A stretch of 33,841 bases of DNA, from IMG/VR virus record IMGVR_UViG_3300032225_000286, positions 1 to 33,841 of that record. One strand, written 5' to 3'. Every line of letters begins with the position of its first letter. Positions within the stretch are counted from its first letter, which is position 1. Below the pieces are notes generated by a model. The model made no database searches. It was given only the letters and a program-made list of their open reading frames with translations, and was not told where the DNA came from. Of this stretch, positions 24,904 to 33,841 are shown one piece after another. Both the position numbers and the translations under genes were made by a program. The stretch is from a virus. Lineage: Duplodnaviria > Caudoviricetes.

Positions 24904-25535
24904 TATGTTACATCCTGATAGCGTTCATTATCACGAATTCTTTGTATGGTTGTTTCACCAACATTATATTTTCTTGCCAAAACCGCCATTTTCTGCGTTT
25001 GCAATTCAATTCTAATTTGTCTAACTTGATCATCAGTTAAAACACGTCTTGCTTTTAATGGCTTGCCTGACTTAGACAAACTCATTTTTTGCTTGGTTTC
25101 TTCAGTTAAAGTCACGCCTTTTCTTGGGCTTGGTGTTCCCTTGCGAGTTTCTTTCCATTTTTCTTTTTGCTCATCTGAATGAGTTTTACCTAAAAACCCA
25201 TTTTGTTTTGCAAAACTCCAATAAAGATTACCTTTTAATTTTTCACGATGTTCTTCAGTATGCTTATATCCTGATGCGCCTTCACCGCCATCAGTAGCAT
25301 TGACCAATTGAATGCCAAGTCTTCTATAAAGATCAATAGCTTCTACTTCACACAAAAACGCCAATTCTTCATCTAAATTGTCAGCAATAATCTTAGGTAC
25401 AAATCCATGCTTATCAACAACTCTATGCCAATAAATGTTTCGTCCTTTTTTTGATTTAAGACGATTGCCTTTGCCTTTACCAATGTAAAAAACATCATTG
25501 GTATCAGCTTTTAAATGTTGATAAATGTAATACAT
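24903..25535 (-). mobile_element. Free-standing GIY-YIG homing endonuclease with NUMOD3 repeats
   Basis: YIYQH...FYIGKG, NATDGGEG, KHTEEHREKL / KTHSDEQKEKW / LTEETKQKMS; start ATG 25535; inserted between gp4 and gp10. Confidence 0.85.
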
Positions 25536-25536
25536 T

Positions 25537-26508
25537 TTACCTAAAAAAGCCGCCGGTGAGTATCCAGCCGGCATCTTTTGCCTTACTCATCAACAAAGCA
25601 TCAGGGAATCGAGCAGACTGAACAGGTTTCATATTTGTACGTTTAATCGTACTCTTGCCTTGAGCAGCAAAAGCATTCACCATCTGAATTTGTGTTGCGC
25701 TTGCCTTGCCATATTGGGGCATTAAGCGCTCTGCCAAACACCATTCCAAGCAGCTTTCAAAGCCCTCTGGCAATAACATCGTGTCGTTGATAGATGTGTA
25801 TCGGTTAAATAGCGTATCAGCAAAGATGTGCATCTCACCCTGTGCTGGGTTTGGCCATACAAAAATGTTGCCTAAGACTTCTGTGGGCTGATAATAAAGC
25901 GCCTTTGGCCAAGGGCCGTTCAGCGTCTTTAAACCAATCATTTCATAATCTTCTACATTCAAAATAGCAACAGGATAGTCCAATCCGCCATTAAGGATGG
26001 GCACGCCATTTTGGTTGGTGTTGATGCGAACAAATGCACTATTAATGGACAACGGACGCTGATAATAAGCATTGATCGTTGTGCTTGCTACATTCTGAGA
26101 TATATTAAGTTGATATGTACCTAATTCGTTAACATTACCGCCTGCACCTGTTAGAAATGATGTGATTTTAGTTCCTGCGGTGATTCCCGTGCCACTAAGT
26201 GTCATTCCTAGAGAAATTGCACCTTGAGTAATACCTGTTACTGTCAATACATTGTTGGTGATTGAACCCGTGAATGTCGCACCGATTTGACCGCCTGGGC
26301 CAATCGTGTACTGAGTTTGACCAGGAGTTAGCGTATAGATGATCTCCGTTTTATAGAAGACCATCATCTGCTCATTTGACCATTGATCAATCATCCTCTG
26401 CATCATGATAAAAGCATCTTGCGCTGCTTCTGGGCTAGGAGTCTCCCCTGCCGCTAATGCGCCAATGTCTTTTAACGATGAGGTGATAATATCAATTGGT
26501 GTTGTCAT
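25537..26508 (-). CDS. Head-tail adaptor, P22 gp4-like, with inserted beta-rich domain
   Basis: [19 protein letters not shown]...[16 protein letters not shown]; synteny. Confidence 0.8.
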   Translation of the reverse strand: MTTPIDIITSSLKDIGALAAGETPSPEAAQDAFIMMQRMIDQWSNEQMMVFYKTEIIYTLTPGQTQYTIGPGGQIGATFTGSITNNVLTVTGITQGAISLGMTLSGTGITAGTKITSFLTGAGGNVNELGTYQLNISQNVASTTINAYYQRPLSINSAFVRINTNQNGVPILNGGLDYPVAILNVEDYEMIGLKTLNGPWPKALYYQPTEVLGNIFVWPNPAQGEMHIFADTLFNRYTSINDTMLLPEGFESCLEWCLAERLMPQYGKASATQIQMVNAFAAQGKSTIKRTNMKPVQSARFPDALLMSKAKDAGWILTGGFFR

Positions 26509-26509
26509 G

Positions 26510-26668
26510 TTATGCGGGTACGACTACGTGCCCGTCCTCCTGTGGTTTAGGTGCTTGCTCTTGCCCTTGGCGTTGGATTTCTTCCATTGTCTGGGCAATT
26601 AATTCTTGATTGCGCTGTAAAGCTACAAAAATGGTGTTGATTTGAGGAATGCTGAGTTCTAGTTTCAT
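26510..26668 (-). CDS. Small protein following fibre chaperones
   Basis: ATG 26668 (MKLELS) with ATGA coupling. Confidence 0.65.
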   Translation of the reverse strand: MKLELSIPQINTIFVALQRNQELIAQTMEEIQRQGQEQAPKPQEDGHVVVPA

Positions 26669-26949
26669 AGTTTTGGTGTAAATGTCTGTGGAAGCCAAGG
26701 AGGAACTGCCCTCACAGGTTGCTCTGATTGCTCCTCTATGCGTGATTCTATGATGTTTTTACCATCTTTCATAGAGGCTTCTTTGATCCATCCAATCACC
26801 ATTTCTTCTGTGACTTGCTCAAAAGGTACTTGTCCTGACTCAGGAAAATACCAGTTGCCTTCAGTATCCACAGTACCATTAGATACATAGTATTTAGCAG
26901 ACGTGATTGCCCCGTCTTTTGCTTCAATATCTAATATCTTCCATTCCAT
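26665..26949 (-). CDS. Putative fibre-assembly protein (paralogue 2)
   Basis: VPFEQVTEEMVIGWIKEA...PPW; TAATG coupling at 26949. Confidence 0.65.
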   Translation of the reverse strand: MEWKILDIEAKDGAITSAKYYVSNGTVDTEGNWYFPESGQVPFEQVTEEMVIGWIKEASMKDGKNIIESRIEEQSEQPVRAVPPWLPQTFTPKL

Positions 26950-27272
26950 TAGGCACTCCAAGGCAATGGTTGTGAACTGGGTGAAACTGGAGGTGTAATC
27001 ATGGACTGAATTTGTCCATTGATATTGGCGTAATAGTTTTCTTGATTATTGGTTGCTTCGTTAATCCAACCTAAAACCTCTGCCTGAGTCAATTGTGAAT
27101 AAGGAATAAATCCTTGCTCATTTTGCTCTGGTGTGAATTGGATATTGCCATCTATTGAGGCAGTATGTGTTCCATCTGTGCCTGATACTGTAAAAAGTAC
27201 ATTGACTACATATCCCGTTGGGTTAGGGACTGTGTACATTGAGTTGATGGTTGTGGTGTAAGTTGTTGACAT
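26949..27272 (-). CDS. Putative fibre-assembly protein (paralogue 1)
   Basis: IPYSQLTQAEVLGWINEA...LPW; AAGGAG RBS before ATG 27272. Confidence 0.65.
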   Translation of the reverse strand: MSTTYTTTINSMYTVPNPTGYVVNVLFTVSGTDGTHTASIDGNIQFTPEQNEQGFIPYSQLTQAEVLGWINEATNNQENYYANINGQIQSMITPPVSPSSQPLPWSA

Positions 27273-27282
27273 TTTATGCTCC

Positions 27283-29733
27283 TTATTTAGATTCAAGTTG
27301 TGCTACTCGTTTACGAAGTGATTGTATTTCTGCAATCAAATCAGCCATAACTTCAGATGTTGATGCCTGCATTTGTTGATAAATTGGATTTCCTTTAGCA
27401 TCTACAGCATCTTTTTCACCTGTTACGCTATTTGGATAAACCTCTGCAAATTTATGCGCCAAAAATCCTTTTGTACGACCACCTGTAATCCAATCAAATT
27501 CAATTGGTTCTAACGCGTCAATTTTTTGACCAGAATCAGTTATAGAACCAACTACAGTTTTTAATCTGTAATCAGAAGTAGTGTTAAATAAAACTGTTGT
27601 AGATGTTGCTTGCGATATGCTACCAGCACTTGCATCGTTGTAATTTACAAAATTTATAAATTTACCACCCGTGCTGTTTGCATTATTTATAATGGTTAAA
27701 CCATAAGCAGTCGCAGAAATATCTCCTGATTTTAATAAAAGTTGAGAATTTTTAGCGTTTGCCGCTGGTGTTGTACTTCCAATAGAAGCATATCCATTAT
27801 TATCAACAACCAATCTAGGATTACCATCCCCATCACTCAATACAATATAGTTACTAGATGTACGGATGTCTAAGCCACCTTGGTTGCCTGAGTAGCCACC
27901 AATAATGGTATTTTTAGAACCTGTGGTAACTAAATAGCCTGAGCCTTGACCAAAAAATGCGTTGTAATTGCCTGTAGTTGCCGCTAACCCAGCAGAATTT
28001 CCAATAAATGTGCATCCTGCGCCAGTTGCTACATAACCAGCTTGGTAACCAAAAAATGCGTGATTGTTTCCAGTTGTTGTGCTATACCCTGCTTGATACC
28101 CTACTGCTGTGTTGTTGGAAGCTGTGGTGTTTGAATAAAGAGCAGCCCAACCAACCGCAGTATTGTAACTTGCTGTCGTGCTTTGCCCTAAAGCATTATG
28201 ACCAAATGCTGAGTTTGACCCACCAGTTGTATTGGCATATAGAGCATACTGACCAAAGGCATTGTTTAGTGTGCCTGTAGTATTGCTATAAAGAGCTTGG
28301 TATCCAAATGCTCCGTTGCTAGATGCTGTGGTGTTGGAGCGAAGTGCTGAAATACCTAATGCAGTGTTGTATGAGCCAGTGGTGTTTGAATACAGCGTGG
28401 AGTTTGATACTCCAGTATCTTGACCGCCTACCGCCACGTTAGCAACACCAGTTGTGTTGCTGTACAAAACATTCATACCAACAGCAGTTACGTCACGCCC
28501 TGTGCTGTTTGTGTAAGCGGCCTGATACCCTACTGCTGTGTTGCTAGATGCTGTGGTGTTTGAATAAAGCGCATTATTACCTAATGCTGTGTTGTAAGAA
28601 CCTGAAGTTAAAGAATATAAGCCACTTTGACCAACAACTGCATTATTATTTCCTGTAACAGTTCCTTGCATTGAAATTCTACCAATAGCAACATTTCCAC
28701 TACCTGTGGTGTTACCATATCCAGCTTGTTGACCAAAAAAGTCGTTATACCCACCTGTACTGTTATACCCAGCTTGATACCCTACTGCTGTATTGTTGGA
28801 GGCTGTGGTGTTTTCATGCAAAGCTGCATAACCAATAGCGGTATTCAAGCCACCAGTTGTATTTTTTGCAAGAGAACCTTGACCAAAAGCAGCATTGGAT
28901 GTTCCAGTGGTGTTGGAGTACAAAGCACCATAGCCACCACCATCAGCGCCACCAAATGCGGCGTTATATTGTCCAGTAGTGTTTGAATACAAAGAACGAT
29001 AGCCAAATGCGTCAATTGGCGAACCAGTAGTATTACTATATCCTGCTTGGTATCCTACTGCTGTATTGTTAGATGCTGTGGTGTTGGCTTGAAGTGCTTC
29101 ACGACCAATAGCAGTATTCTGACTACCCGTAGTATTTGAATTTAAAGCAATACTTCCAACAGCCGTGTTAACTGCCCCACTTGTGTTGTTGTACCCAGCA
29201 ATCCTTCCAATAAACACATTGGCATCACCAGTAGTATTGCTATATCCTGCTTGATAACCTACAGCCGTATTATTCCCAGCACCACTATTTGAACCTTGCA
29301 ATGCGCTAACACCAACTGCAGTATTATTAGTTAAAGCGCCACCACCCTTACCAACAGTCAATCCGTTAACGGCAATGTCATTGGTAAATGTCTGTGTTCC
29401 ACCAAATGTTTGCGTGCTTAATGTGGCTAATGTGCCAGATGTTGGCAATGTCAAACTTGTGTTGCCAGTAGCTGTAAATGTTTGAGTAAATGCTCCTGCG
29501 TGAGTTACATTGCCTGCCAATGTTAATGTTGCAGAACCATTGTTAACACCAGTACCACCAACAGCAGGGGTCAATGGCCCACTAATCATTGTGCTAGTGA
29601 CTGTTGCTGTGTCTCCAGTAGTGACAAATGTTCCACTTACTGTTGGCACATTGATCGTATAGCTAGAGGCCGTATTTGGGCCACTTACGGCAACCTGACC
29701 ACCTAGTGCGGCTTGAAAGACTAAATTTCCCAT
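27283..29733 (-). CDS. Trimeric fibre/spike with 14-aa beta-roll repeats and C-terminal peptidase S74 chaperone domain
   Basis: Many NTAVGYQAxYSNTT-type repeats; TSDYRLK cleavage motif; terminal coiled coil. Confidence 0.85.
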   Translation of the reverse strand: MGNLVFQAALGGQVAVSGPNTASSYTINVPTVSGTFVTTGDTATVTSTMISGPLTPAVGGTGVNNGSATLTLAGNVTHAGAFTQTFTATGNTSLTLPTSGTLATLSTQTFGGTQTFTNDIAVNGLTVGKGGGALTNNTAVGVSALQGSNSGAGNNTAVGYQAGYSNTTGDANVFIGRIAGYNNTSGAVNTAVGSIALNSNTTGSQNTAIGREALQANTTASNNTAVGYQAGYSNTTGSPIDAFGYRSLYSNTTGQYNAAFGGADGGGYGALYSNTTGTSNAAFGQGSLAKNTTGGLNTAIGYAALHENTTASNNTAVGYQAGYNSTGGYNDFFGQQAGYGNTTGSGNVAIGRISMQGTVTGNNNAVVGQSGLYSLTSGSYNTALGNNALYSNTTASSNTAVGYQAAYTNSTGRDVTAVGMNVLYSNTTGVANVAVGGQDTGVSNSTLYSNTTGSYNTALGISALRSNTTASSNGAFGYQALYSNTTGTLNNAFGQYALYANTTGGSNSAFGHNALGQSTTASYNTAVGWAALYSNTTASNNTAVGYQAGYSTTTGNNHAFFGYQAGYVATGAGCTFIGNSAGLAATTGNYNAFFGQGSGYLVTTGSKNTIIGGYSGNQGGLDIRTSSNYIVLSDGDGNPRLVVDNNGYASIGSTTPAANAKNSQLLLKSGDISATAYGLTIINNANSTGGKFINFVNYNDASAGSISQATSTTVLFNTTSDYRLKTVVGSITDSGQKIDALEPIEFDWITGGRTKGFLAHKFAEVYPNSVTGEKDAVDAKGNPIYQQMQASTSEVMADLIAEIQSLRKRVAQLESK

Positions 29734-29743
29734 TGTTTTCCCC

Positions 29744-32149
29744 TTATGGCGCTATATAAATAGCAGATACATACAAAGCACCCGTTGATGGGTTGTATTT
29801 TAGCTTTGTTGATGATGTTGTGGCTGGATTATTCCCACTCGAATTTGCTACAAAAACAGGATAGTAATTAGCATTGGTGCTTGTGTTATCCGTGATTGCA
29901 ATATTGGTTGCGTTGGTTGCAGTCGTGGCAGTCGTTGCTGAACTTGCGTTGCCCGTCAAAGCACCCACAAAAGTAGTCGATGTAACAGATGTCAACCCTG
30001 CAATTGTTGTGGCAGTCCCACCCAAGCTGATCGCAGTCGAGCCAACAGTAATTGATGAGTTAACAAGGGCTGAGTTAGGAATGGATGTTAATCCTGCTCC
30101 TGATCCACTAAACTGGGTTGCCGTGAATACGCCCGTACTAGGGTTAAATTGCAGTTTGGTAGAGCTTGTGTATTCTGTGCTGAGATTACCTGATGTTTGA
30201 TTGGCAAATAATGGGTAACGTGTGGCGTTGGTTGTTGTGTCATCTGTTACTGTTGCGTAAGCAGTTGGCGTTGACCAAGTGGGCGTTCCTGACCCAGCAG
30301 AGGTTAAAACTTGACCAGAAGTGCCCGCAGCAGTAAATGCGTAAGCAGTACCAGAACCATAGGCAATAGCACCAGCAGTAGGAGTAGCCGTACCATTTGT
30401 ACCTCCTCTGTTGATTGCTATCGTATTTCCGTTCCATGTTGCGCTAGTGATCGAGCCAGGGTAATCAAATGTATTGGTTGACCAAGATACATTAGATGGC
30501 GTTTGGTCATGACGATCCCAAGACCCTGCTGCCGTTGAGTTATCTAACAAAACAATCGTTACATAACCACCTGATTGGATGGTTGCAATCGTTGTGTTTG
30601 AGTTGTTAACAACTGTAATTGCGCCCGATGTTTGATTGTTGTTAAATGTAAACAACGCTCCTGCGGGCAATGTGGTTGCATTAGGTAATTTGATGGTTTG
30701 TCCACCAGAACCCGTGATCACATAATTCTGTGATGATGCTGCCGTCAGCGTAATGGTTGTTCCACTAGCTGCAACATTCGCATAACCCTCAAACAAACAA
30801 TTCGTTGTGATATTGCTATTGGCATCACGCAAAACAACGCTATTTGCGCCAGAACTAGAAGTGACACCTGTACCTCCATTGGCCACATTCAGCGTACCTG
30901 ATAGCGTTATAGCACCTGTGCTATTGGTGTTTGGAGTAAATCCTGTTGTACCTGCGCTAAATGTAGATACAAAGCTACCTGACAACGCACTTGTGGGGAT
31001 TGTGGTTGACGCAGTTACCGCACCTGTGTCATTTCCATACAAATAACCCGTCAGTCCAAGCGTTTTTAGCGTGCTGAACGCACCAGAACCGCCCGTGATA
31101 GCCACAGAACTAGCATTTTGTGTGGACATTGTTCCCAAACCCGTTATATCGGTATTAGGGATGGATGAAACTGCCGTTAATGCTGATGTGCCTGACCCTT
31201 TAACATATCCTGTTAGCGTAGTTGCGCCTGTACCACCATAAGCTACACCAATTGTGGATGCGTTCCATGTGCCTGCTGTCAGCGTGCCAACGCCCGTAAT
31301 TCCTGTGTAAGAACCACTAATTCTTGCCGTGTCAATCGTTCCACTTGTGATCTGTGTGGCAGAAATCGCAATGTTTTGAGCAGATGCGCTTGTCAACTGA
31401 CCTTGTGCGTTAACAATAATTGTGACTGTCTGACTAGCAGACCCATAAGTGCCTGCTGAAACGCCAGTATTGGTAATGCTGAATGTGTTGGAGGCTAGCG
31501 TCAGCCCTGTGCCTGCAAAATAGGTTGCAGAACCACTAAATTGCACCCAAGGCATGGCAGTTGTGCCAATTGTGCCTGTCTGACTTGCAGTACAAACCCA
31601 TCCAGTATCAGCTTGTCCGCCATTTAAAACGACTGTATAAGCGCCTGGCACTTCAGACCATACATCCATATCAGTTGATCGTGTCCAAGCGCTTGCAGAG
31701 GCTATATAAATGCCATTTTGGGACGATGTGGACTGATTCTTGACCAAAACTCTGTCACCAGACAAAGTTGTGTAGCCATCAATCGTCTGCAATCCTGTTA
31801 AGGATATGTTTACAGTCGTTGCAACCTGACACGCTGCCTTTGGGCCAAGCCCTTGAGCAACAGAATCCACATAATATTTGTTAGCAATGTCACTTGAGCT
31901 ACTTGGCGTGGTGCTGATTTGCCCCGTAGTTGTGGAAATATTGGTAAAAACGCCCGTAGAGGGGGTTGTTGCGCCAATAGTTGAAGAATCTATTGTGCTG
32001 TTAGTGATCTGAACATTACTGATTGGGCCAGTAACAGGCACAGTAAAAGGCTGACCCTGACCAATAAAGGTCTGAAACGAGCCGTCAACCGCAAAATATG
32101 CCTGTACGGGCAATATGTTTTGGTCAACAGTTTTGTTAGGGTCTGCCAT
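29744..32149 (-). CDS. Long T/S/G-rich fibre protein
   Basis: ANKYYVD, GDRVLVKNQ...NGIY, repeated xxGGTG motifs typical of phage fibres. Confidence 0.75.
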   Translation of the reverse strand: MADPNKTVDQNILPVQAYFAVDGSFQTFIGQGQPFTVPVTGPISNVQITNSTIDSSTIGATTPSTGVFTNISTTTGQISTTPSSSSDIANKYYVDSVAQGLGPKAACQVATTVNISLTGLQTIDGYTTLSGDRVLVKNQSTSSQNGIYIASASAWTRSTDMDVWSEVPGAYTVVLNGGQADTGWVCTASQTGTIGTTAMPWVQFSGSATYFAGTGLTLASNTFSITNTGVSAGTYGSASQTVTIIVNAQGQLTSASAQNIAISATQITSGTIDTARISGSYTGITGVGTLTAGTWNASTIGVAYGGTGATTLTGYVKGSGTSALTAVSSIPNTDITGLGTMSTQNASSVAITGGSGAFSTLKTLGLTGYLYGNDTGAVTASTTIPTSALSGSFVSTFSAGTTGFTPNTNSTGAITLSGTLNVANGGTGVTSSSGANSVVLRDANSNITTNCLFEGYANVAASGTTITLTAASSQNYVITGSGGQTIKLPNATTLPAGALFTFNNNQTSGAITVVNNSNTTIATIQSGGYVTIVLLDNSTAAGSWDRHDQTPSNVSWSTNTFDYPGSITSATWNGNTIAINRGGTNGTATPTAGAIAYGSGTAYAFTAAGTSGQVLTSAGSGTPTWSTPTAYATVTDDTTTNATRYPLFANQTSGNLSTEYTSSTKLQFNPSTGVFTATQFSGSGAGLTSIPNSALVNSSITVGSTAISLGGTATTIAGLTSVTSTTFVGALTGNASSATTATTATNATNIAITDNTSTNANYYPVFVANSSGNNPATTSSTKLKYNPSTGALYVSAIYIAP

Positions 32150-32151
32150 GC

Positions 32152-32493
32152 TTACGATTGATCCGACATGGGTGTCACATACAAAGTGCTAGACCCTGTA
32201 CCAATCGTTGTCACAGAAAATGAATTAGGAGGTACGGCAACAACCATAGGCGCTGACATACTTACCCCCAAGACAAATGAATTGCTAGGCGTTCCTGCCA
32301 CAGGCAACACCGCTGCGGGTGCGCTTGTGGGAGTAATCGTCACGGCAATCACATTTGTGCCTGGATTCATAAATCCGCAGTAGTTAATCTGATCATTACC
32401 ACTAGGAGTGATCGTTACAGCAGTTGATGTGCTTGTTGTAACGGCAATCGCAGTAGTTTGACCAGCGATTCTAAATACTGATGTATTTGACAT
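32152..32493 (-). CDS. Putative virion structural protein
   Basis: Beta-rich T/S/V composition; head module. Confidence 0.6.
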   Translation of the reverse strand: MSNTSVFRIAGQTTAIAVTTSTSTAVTITPSGNDQINYCGFMNPGTNVIAVTITPTSAPAAVLPVAGTPSNSFVLGVSMSAPMVVAVPPNSFSVTTIGTGSSTLYVTPMSDQS

Positions 32494-32495
32494 AT

Positions 32496-32819
32496 TTACA
32501 CCACGTTAGCAGGTAAAGGGCTATCTTCGGGTGATCTGACATTAACCAACAAAGTTGCAGCAGTTTGTGTGACTGAAGCACCTGTCAAATTGCACAAACG
32601 GACTATGATTTGATCAGCAGTATTGGTGTAAGCATTAACAACACCCACGCCTACAACCATAGCAGCATCAACTGACACATTGATCATATCCGTGGCTTTA
32701 ACGCCAGGGCATGAAATAGTGACTTCAGTTGTTGTTGTGGAGAATGTCGTGCTAGGTAAGGTCAATTGGCAAATAGTGTTGGCTAACAGATTGCCACGGG
32801 AAATGGTAGTTTTGGACAT
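32496..32819 (-). CDS. Putative capsid decoration protein
   Basis: Beta-rich; AAGGA RBS; head module. Confidence 0.6.
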   Translation of the reverse strand: MSKTTISRGNLLANTICQLTLPSTTFSTTTTEVTISCPGVKATDMINVSVDAAMVVGVGVVNAYTNTADQIIVRLCNLTGASVTQTAATLLVNVRSPEDSPLPANVV

Positions 32820-32861
32820 GATTGTTCCTTTTTGACAAATTAATTGTATCTGAAAAAACAG

Positions 32862-32889
32862 AAAAAGCCACCCCTTTTGAGGATGGCTC
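32862..32889 (-). terminator. Intrinsic terminator after coat and decoration genes
   Basis: GAGCCATCC-TCAAAAG-GGGTGGCTTTTT. Confidence 0.75.
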
Positions 32890-32908
32890 TTCCTTATTTA
32901 CTCACAAA

Positions 32909-33349
32909 TTAGGGTAAAAATGTGAGGTCATAGCCGTAAACAAATACGTCACAAGTCGCTGCAATCGTAGTGCCAACGTTAACATAAATGTTTGTTGGGT
33001 TAGAAATAGCGGTGTTGGGATTTGTTGCAGCCGTAATGGTCACATAAGGGCCACCTGTGTTGCTCGTTAAAGCAGCGGTAGTCAATATGGTTGAACCTGT
33101 TTGACCTACGCCTGTGTAAACACCAACAGTAGCCGTTGCAATAGTGGTTGTTGCGCCACTAGAGTTCAAGCCATTGGTGATTACTACGCTTGTAGGAACA
33201 AACTTAGAGACATCTAAAACAATGGATGCTGTGTCACCAGCAATTGCCAAGTTTACAGATTGTGCGGATGCAATCAAACGCAAGGCTTGGTTTGTGCCAA
33301 GTACTTGGGGATGATTGCTTACTGTGGTTGCGGGGCCTGGATTTGCCAT
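32909..33349 (-). CDS. Putative capsid decoration protein
   Basis: Immediately after the coat gene and before the terminator; AGGAG RBS. Confidence 0.65.
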   Translation of the reverse strand: MANPGPATTVSNHPQVLGTNQALRLIASAQSVNLAIAGDTASIVLDVSKFVPTSVVITNGLNSSGATTTIATATVGVYTGVGQTGSTILTTAALTSNTGGPYVTITAATNPNTAISNPTNIYVNVGTTIAATCDVFVYGYDLTFLP

Positions 33350-33373
33350 GTTAATTTCTCCTAAATGTTAAGG

Positions 33374-33841
33374 TTAAGCTGCGACACGGCAAGCCAATTC
33401 GGGGTACAGAGGCGCCCAACCATACAACACATCCAAACGGGTTGGAATACTGTCGTTATTGATGGTGTACTGTCTGACCACACGCATTGACAAACCAATC
33501 TCTTTATCAGAAGCACGTCCAGCGAAATGGACACCTTCTGGAAGCTCAAGATCAGCTACTGCCAAGCAAAACGCATTTCTGTGCATAATAATGTTCTGTG
33601 GTGACACAGTACCAGTATTATTGAAAGGCGTTACAGTTGAAGCACCTGCGTTGGTTACGCTTACATTCTGGAATTGACCAGCAGTAATGACAGCAGGGCT
33701 GACAGTCACGCTAGTTGTACCAGATGTAGCCACAGTCGCAGCAGCAGTTACAACAAAGTTTCTCAACTTGTTAGAACCATATGCTTGACGATTTTGTGGG
33801 TTGACCGCATACACGTTAGCAATTTGGATAACGTCACCAAC
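33374..33841 (-). CDS. Major capsid protein, C-terminal part (open to window end)
   Basis: Frame is open to 33841: VGDVIQIANVYAVNP...HRNAFCLAVADL...RLDVLYGW, the P22-type coat C-terminus. Confidence 0.93.
   Translation of the reverse strand, partial: VGDVIQIANVYAVNPQNRQAYGSNKLRNFVVTAAATVATSGTTSVTVSPAVITAGQFQNVSVTNAGASTVTPFNNTGTVSPQNIIMHRNAFCLAVADLELPEGVHFAGRASDKEIGLSMRVVRQYTINNDSIPTRLDVLYGWAPLYPELACRVAA

Noticed and set aside
27283-29733. Diversity-generating retroelement or invertible tail cassette
   Set aside because: No reverse transcriptase or invertase, and the repeats differ mostly at synonymous positions rather than specifically at adenines.
737-33677. Numerous short antisense or nested ORFs in the track (e.g. 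737-931, 2860-3258, 10738-11046, 29874-30200)
   Set aside because: They are shadows of long, well-supported genes, without RBS or recognisable motifs.
33839-33841. Exact circularisation or terminal repeat
   Set aside because: The ends share no repeat, and joining them shifts the coat reading frame.
1-33841. tRNA genes, integrase/attP, spanins, alternative genetic code
   Set aside because: I saw no cloverleaf or T-loop motif in intergenic spaces, no recombinase and no clear lipobox ORF; genes tile well with the standard code and all three stop codons are used.

Overview
A near-complete, circularly permuted ~34 kb genome of a P22-like podovirus. The gene content resembles freshwater phages, and a betaproteobacterial host is my inference. 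The window opens and closes inside the same major capsid gene. The two ends do not join in frame, so a short internal piece of that gene is missing. The late genes are on the minus strand: small basic proteins, a GroES-like protein, TerS, TerL, portal, scaffold, coat, decoration proteins, two large fibres with chaperones, gp4, a GIY-YIG endonuclease, gp10, three ejection proteins, a miniature tail protein and lysis genes. The early region is lambdoid and divergent: ERF, YqaJ and SSB to the left; Cro-like, DUF1376 initiator with internal iterons, RusA and nin-like genes to the right. I found no CI, integrase, helicase, polymerase or methyltransferase. The main observations are: (1) an orphan T4 beta-glucosyltransferase-like gene with no recognisable source of hydroxymethylated base; (2) an A9 run whose -1 frame adds a transmembrane tail to a gene just upstream of the holin; (3) a terminator-bounded cassette (GNAT, HTH-metallophosphoesterase, very acidic 47-aa protein) with two Pho-box-like promoters; (4) a c4/CI-like structured RNA leader whose loop is complementary to boxes next to the replication-gene RBS. 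All family assignments come from motif recognition from memory, not from database searches.
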